DNA of 64,000 nucleotides from Oikopleura dioica (taxonomy: Eukaryota > Animalia > Chordata): positions 1,302,001 to 1,366,000 of the forward strand of contig OU015566.1 of the NCBI GenBank assembly GCA_907165135.1, written 5' to 3'. Shown in pieces: positions 57,657 through 64,000 of the stretch. Numbering within the stretch: the stretch's first letter is position 1; each line of letters opens with the position of its first letter. A program made the translations under genes and the position numbers. The notes under the pieces are model-generated. The model worked only from the letters and a program-made list of their open reading frames with translations, had not been told where the DNA came from and did not search any database.

Positions 57657-59970
57657 CTAAGTCCAGCCCGAAACGAGTCTGTTTTGCCGTTCCACCATGA
57701 ATCTTGAAAGCTCATTTCCCTGCATTGTCGATAATCTGCAGTAAGTGTCGTTTTCTTTTGCTTTTTGTAGCTTTGGGAGCGAGATCCAGTCTCCGGCCCA
57801 GTTCCTTGTTTTTAAGTTCTTTCAATTGTTCAATAAAATTTCAAATCTGAGCTGGACGAACAGTGCAGAAAACCTGAGTCAAATTTTGAAAAAGCTTAGA
57901 TGAAAAACCGCAGAGCGGCTTTTTTAAAAACGAAGCCGCGAATATATTTCTATTTCAAAATTTGATATAGGAGCTTTGCGGCTTCGTTAAAAAAAAGCCG
58001 CTACGCGGCTTTTCATTCAAGATCTGTGAGAACCTGACTCAGGTCTTTTACACAGGTTGCCTAGTCCAGTTTACAATTCTTTAATTTATAAGCTCGCAAT
58101 TTTTGCAAAATTGAAAAGCGCTTTCCTGAAGGGTCGGAAGCCATCTTGGCAGGCATCTGCAAGCTGCTCAGATTGATACTTTATCACATCAGCTCGACGT
58201 TGCACGATGTCTAGCCCTATCTCGTCTATTCTCGCCCAGAAGGTTCTGTTGAAATGCTCGTACAGCATAAAATCGGGATAGTTGATCACGCGCACCAATT
58301 CCTCGTGATACTCCTTCGCCTCTTGGCTGTGTTTTCTTCCGCTATTCATCGGCAAGTAGGCGAGCTCGGACGGCGGCCAGTTGAGCTCAAATGACAGAAG
58401 AGCCAGACCAAGATCGAAATATTCCATGATCAGGATTAGGTCAAAATGCCCGTGGATTTTCTCTTTACGAGGATCTTTTTCTTCTCTTCCTTGATTTCAA
58501 TTCGGAAAAGATCCCCCTTCCTATGTAAGCTTTGACAACGTCTCTATCCAAGTTCATCGTCGCCACTTCTGGTCCAAAGAAGCTCCACAGCTGAGGCCTC
58601 AGAAAGTGCCTTTTCCACATGGAAGGGTCCTGCAAGAGCATGGATTTTTTGTAGAAATCAACTGGGTCTGATAAAAGCTCGTAAAGAAAAGAAATGCGTT
58701 CTTTTTTTTTATTCTCCTTTTTGAAAAGCGAAGCGAAGATAGTACGAACTTGCTTTCATAGCGGATGAGTTATTTTAGAGTCTAAAATTTATACAGTCTC
58801 AGGAGGTTTAAAGAAAAGATAGAGAAGGCAATCTTTTTCGATTAAGGACACCCCTCTCCTCCCCCAGGAAAAAGCTGACGAGAGGGGGTCGTTAAAATGA
58901 GGTTTGACACAGGTTGTCATGTCCACATAAGTAAATTAGTACTATTGTTAGTAAAGAATTTCTCCGCTTTCCTTATCCCCCATGTTTGGTTTGAAGTAGT
59001 ACTTCCACGTGCTGGTCATGTGAGTGGAAGGGTGTCTCAAAATCGAGATCTTCTTTGCCGTTGGAAGATACTCGTCCGCGAATGTGAAATTGTACGTCAT
59101 ATGATTAGCGACGAAATCATATTGTTTTGACTTCTTCTGCCAGCCAATAATTCCAAGTCCGTCAGGATTCAATGGCTCAGCTAAATCCGCCTCCCCGCGA
59201 GGAAACAAATGCGCTAAAGATGCAATCAGCCCATGCCGAATCAAGTCGTATATCAATTCTCGTCTCTTTAAATTCAAGCACTTACATCCTTTATTTTGAC
59301 TTGTCAAAAGCATCGACTTATTGTGAGTGTAGCAGTAGCGGGAGAATATTGTTGCGAGCGTCGAACTGCCAGTTTTGTATGTTTTCAGGAAAAATACACT
59401 GTCGGCTTTTTCGGTGGTCAACTTCTTTAAGGGGGTAGAACTAGATTTTTCGAAAGTGAGTTATTTTCTGGGGCCACTTTAAATATTATTTACTTAAAAT
59501 AAAACCTGTTTTTACTTATGATAACGAAATTTCCTCAAAGATGTTGCTAGAAAAAGAGTTGAAATGTCTTAAAATGAAATTGGACATTCTTGGCTTATCA
59601 CGTGTCTCGAGATATTCGAGGTCTAAAATTGGGGGTCTGGCAATTTGGGTAGAAAGTTAGGATTTGAAATAAAATATTTGATCCTGACTCAGGTTTTCTA
59701 CACAGGTTGTCGAGCCTTCAATAAAGGATGTTTTTGTACTGGGGGTAATTATTGAATTAATTATAAAGTTCACTAAAACCACTTTCCTGGTTGGCTCGAC
59801 GAACTTTTTTGCGGCAATCTTTTCGAAGGAGCCTTTGCACGAGGAAATTCGTCGGTGATCCATTGAAAGTCGAGCGACAGCACTTCGTATTCTCTTATGT
59901 ACAACAAGAGCGATAAAAAGATGCAACAGGCCCAGGGAAGATATTTGTGGAAAAACTCCCACCTCCCCAT
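57657..59970 (-). CDS. Galactose-3-O-sulfotransferase family protein (GAL3ST-like)
   Basis: Type II anchor MGRWEFFHKYLPWACCIFLSLLLYI; FLKTYKTGSST; ANHMTY; SILRHP; EYFDLGL; NYPDFMLYEHFNRTFW. Confidence 0.9.
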
Positions 59971-60236
59971 CACTGAAATTTGACGATCTTTCAATTGCAT
60001 TTTAAATTTAATTTCTAGTTGCAATTTTCTACCGCAACTATTGCCCGAGGCAATATCGCTGTACGTTTTGTTTGGGACCAAAATAGCAGCCAAAATCAGT
60101 ATTGTTCCTTGAATAGGAATAAAGATCGAATAACTTTAAAGAAAACAAATTACATATTATAGAATATTAAAGAATAATTGAAGTGGGAATGCTCCGAAGC
60201 CGATTCGCGGCTAAATTAAAAAAAAAGCCGTTCGAT

Positions 60237-61220
60237 TTATTCATCTTTGTTCAGTGATTTCTTTGAGAAAGGGCAGCTTTTCAGGAAAGGGATGAAAGAT
60301 GGAGTCCTTTTCATGTATTCTTCGTAAGTTGGTCCGATTTCAGAGACCAAATCCGGCTCTTCCAAAAATTTGATCGCGAACTGAAACTCGACTGAAAATC
60401 ATTCATAAAAAAATTTTCAAACCAAAATGTAAGAAGCAATAAAAGCAGCGATGAAGACCCTTCCAGCGGTAAATTCAACGATCGAAAAGAGCATCATGAA
60501 GAAACCAGTCATAATCGGGTGCCGAACGAGTCGATAATGCAAAATCGTCACAAATCCATCAGGCACAAATTTGAGGAGATTCCCCATTCCAAGTCCTTGT
60601 CGGAGGCCGAAAAGCTCGAAATGGTCGATCGCAAATGTAGAACTGACAAGCCATAAAACGCCAATTACGTATCCTCCGATCATGAAATTTTTCAGCATTT
60701 CTGGAGGCTCGAAAAGAACAACAGGCATTGATTGCCAATTTTTCAGAGCCTGGTGGAGAAAGAAACCGGATTGGAAGCAGTAGATCGGTCTTTCAAGCTC
60801 CTAAAAGGGATAATGATCAAGAAATATGGTCAAAAATCGCACCTTGGGCAAGTTCAGAATCTGCTTGAAACCTGGTCTGGCAAAAAGAGAGTGGAAAAAC
60901 GCCCATAAGCCGAAGAAAAGAGCGTTGTTCATCATTTTGTCGCCTGTTTGACCAAAATTTGTTGATTCGTCATCTTAATTTTTTTTTCGAAGTTATGGCC
61001 TAACTTATCGATTAGAGGTAGTTACCGATTGAATAAGGGAAGATTACAGAAAGAGCCGGAGAGAATTTTTGAGCATTGATGAGGAAAAACGTGAAGGCAA
61101 ATATTGACCACAGGCCGTAAATATATCCAGCCAAAGCGACTTAAATTTTTATCAGTTGAGTTAAACATTTGAAGGGAAAAGCAGTTATTTATTACCTGGA
61201 ATACTGATTAGTCGAATCAT
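60237..61220 (-). CDS. MddA/nurim-family membrane methyltransferase (methanethiol S-methyltransferase-like)
   Basis: Spliced product contains YSID, FHSLFARPGFK, LERPIY, STFAIDHFELFGLRQ, YRLVRHPIMTGF and YIL-AIKFLEEPDLVSEIGPTYEEYMKRTPSFIP. Confidence 0.85.
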
Positions 61221-61704
61221 TCAATCAGTCTTCTGTAATTTTATTTTAGTCAGTTGTCACTTCTCTTGCCTGTGTAAATAATGGTGACTGAATAAGCACA
61301 AAGGTCGAGGGGAGTGTCAGGCTCTAGAAATACCTTAAGGGGTGGTGGTCAAAAATGAGACTTTTTTTGACAAAATTAGTGGGCGACATGGTCTGAAAAA
61401 AAATTTCCACGGAAAATTGTCGAAATTTATCGTCAAAGTGGAGCTGAAATCGCGTTTTTCGAAAATTTTGAGAATTTTTTTCGATTTTTGCTCCTTTTTG
61501 GCCAATTTTCGGGGCTTTCCTCCAATTTTCATTCATCTTTGTACGGATACACAATCACAATAACCAATTATTCCGACGTATCACTTTAATTCTTCCTCTT
61601 TACGAAGAACTCGCTCAAAATAATGCGCAAATAGTCAATCATGTGAATCGATCCATAGAATGAAAGTGCCTAAAAAGTGCTTCAAATGAAAATTGTGATC
61701 AGAA

Positions 61705-63850
61705 ATGATCTGGTTGATATTTCTTCTTTTCAGAGAATTTTCACTCGCTGGTCAAAATGGAGTCGATCCTGCTGCAGGCTTCAGATTTAAAAAGTTAAAC
61801 GACACGGTTCTCAAATGTCCAAAAGAAGCGACAAATGTGGAACCGTTTTTGTACGAAGGATACGACTACGCTTTCGTTGAAGGAGTCGATATCGCGCCAT
61901 ACAACATTCCAACATTTGATCGGCAGTGGAGAAAAGGACTTACTTGCTATTATGCGTCGAGCTTTCTGACAACTAATCAGTGAGTTTTTTGCATAAATAA
62001 ATTATATAAATAAATTCTTAAGACATCACAAAGCAGTTTGCGAAGAAGAAAAAAGCTTGGAAATAATCAATTATCGAGATCTCGATACAGACAGGGCTCA
62101 AATCAATTAGTAAAAGCCTGAGTCAGGTTTTGAACACAGGTTTTAACACAGGTTTCAACACAGGTTTTGAACACAGGTTTTGAACACAGGTTGTCAACAC
62201 AGGTTTTCAACACAGGTTTTAAAACAGGTTTTCAAAACAAGTTTAAACACAGGTTTTCGACACAGGTTTCAACAAAAGTTTTCAAAACAGGTTTCAATAC
62301 AGTTTTCAACACAGGTTTTGAACACAGGTTTTCAGCTAAGGTTTCAACACAGGTTTCAACACAGGTATCAACACAGGATTTCAACACAGTTCTATGAAAC
62401 AACTTCGTTTGCGATCGTTTTTTGAGCCCTTTTAGCCGGAGCTGTTCTTTGGCAAGTTCGAAATTCGATGGATTTAGCCGCCGACGACAGCAATATTTTT
62501 TTGGTACATGAATAAAAACAATCAGTTGCGGTACGCAGAAAATGGGGAGCGAGAAAAGGTCCCGAATTTTCTAACAAAAGCGATTTCGATCTGCAAATTG
62601 AACATGGCGAAACCGTTTTGGACGGAATGGCATTGGAGTAATGATGAACGGGGTATCTGCCCACCATGTGCGGAAAAACCTTATGACGGTGCAGGAATGG
62701 TTTTCGGCGAAATAAGAAAGAATTCAAGAAGAAAAATCGAAAACCTCATTTTCAGGAAATAGAAAAAACATGCTTTATAGATACAAAGTACGGACCTGTT
62801 CTCAACCAGGCGCTTGTATAGGCCTTGGTGAGAAAAAACACGAGTGCAATTATATTCCTATGTGCCGTAAGTAATTATAAACAATATTATTACTAATTTC
62901 TTGCCTTATTTTCAGCTCAACATAAGCCCTGGGAAGAATGGACTCAATGCAGTCCAAGCAAATTCGAAATTTCACAAAACGCCACTGCTCCTGCTACTTG
63001 GACGAGAACGAGAGTCAGACCGTGCAAAAAATGTAAGTTATTTTTTTTGAGAGAATTTTCCATGCTCAAATTGAACCATAGATTGCGACAATGGAAGACG
63101 ACAATTTGGAAAACTCCCAATTTACGAATTTGAACATCCAAATATCACGAAATTGACAGATATTGAAAACTGCACCGCAGGTTTGAAAAAAACTTTGACA
63201 AAAATATGGAGCAAAATTATGAAAAAAAAACAGGTTTTTCGGTCAAACAGACTGCAAGTTCAAACGAACATCGTGTTTTTTTATTGAAATGAGTAAGTAA
63301 CACGACAGATTAGCGTTACTGAATTATAAATTTGTTGCGAACTATCCGCTTAATATAATATGAATCTTCGAATGAAGTTCCATTCCCTCTCGATTGGAAA
63401 AAAGGCCGATGAAAAGAGCTTACACTCTGAATATCGAGGACAAGTTCACCGTAAGTTTATCGTTTTTTTTTAATTTTTTTTTAAATTTTTCTAGTACAAT
63501 GAAGAGCTAGAATTGGAGCGACTTTTCAATCAATACGAAGATTTTGGGAAACAAGAGATTCCGAGAATTGAATTGAGGGGAGAAAAAGAACACGATGCAA
63601 AAAGTGAAAATGGATTAAAACTGCTTATTATTTATAATCATTTGGGCAAGTTCCATCCATTCAAGAGCGGATATTTACTTAGTTGTCGGACTCGTTTTTG
63701 TGCTAATATTATTGCTTTTCATCATGATGATCTTGACGAATGCAGTAGTGGAATTGTTAGTTTTTCATCAAAAATACTGCATTATTCAACATATTCAGCT
63801 ACAAAGGACTTCAATCGACCAAAAACAAGGAGGAAAACCAGCGACTTTTA
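61705..63850 (+). CDS. Secreted protein with thrombospondin type-1-like repeats; exon chain and 3' end uncertain
   Basis: Signal MIWLIFLLFREFSLAG; FWTEWHW...CPPC...RTCSQPGACIG; WEEWTQCS...WTRTRVRPC. Confidence 0.6.
62115..62395. repeat. Minisatellite of ~12-13-bp AACACAGGTTTT(G) units in an intron
   Basis: About 20 degenerate copies. It begins right after a family-A-like cctgagtcaggtttt motif. Confidence 0.9.
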
Positions 63851-64000
63851 AAATCACCAACTATCTCTCTTCGAGAAATGTAAATAAAGACTTATATGAT
63901 GAATTAAAATTTATTGAGCAAAAAAAAAAAAAATTCAAATAATTTCCAAAAACACTTATTCAGAAAAAATGCATGCAAAGCTCTTTTGTGTGAGGGGTCA

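Noticed and set aside
62167-62425. Overlapping repetitive ORFs (NTGF/STQV)
   Set aside because: They are translations of the minisatellite.
1-64000. tRNA, rRNA or snRNA genes
   Set aside because: None recognisable by eye. tRNAscan-SE or Infernal would be needed to exclude them, especially snoRNAs in NOP2 introns.

Overview
Eukaryotic genomic DNA that is compact, gene-dense and AT-rich. It has many 30-60 nt introns and several GA-AG or GC-AG introns, which fits an appendicularian tunicate such as Oikopleura dioica (inference, no database check). About 25 spliced genes can be reconstructed: C-type lectins, a C2H2/chromo-like protein, CHST- and GAL3ST-type sulfotransferases, an arylsulfatase, a degenerate DEDDh exonuclease, NOP2, PCYT1, a lectin-kringle-protease, a CUB protein, a secreted Cu/Zn-SOD fusion, an MddA/nurim-type methyltransferase and a TSP1 protein. 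Two large transposons sit inside coding exons. (1) A 5,345-bp hAT element (10344-15688; 14-bp TIRs, 7-bp TSD) carries an intronless zinc-finger/RING passenger gene, a 10x108-bp CCAAT-box array and a TGCGCA motif in almost every transposase intron. Its ends offer a GT-AG pair that would splice it out in frame. (2) A 4,953-bp non-autonomous LTR element (48986-53938) has apparently identical LTRs, about 68 strand-biased GCTC motifs and an orphan ORF between duplicated PPTs. At least five MITE families are also present. All exon structures are manual reconstructions, and several gene ends are approximate.
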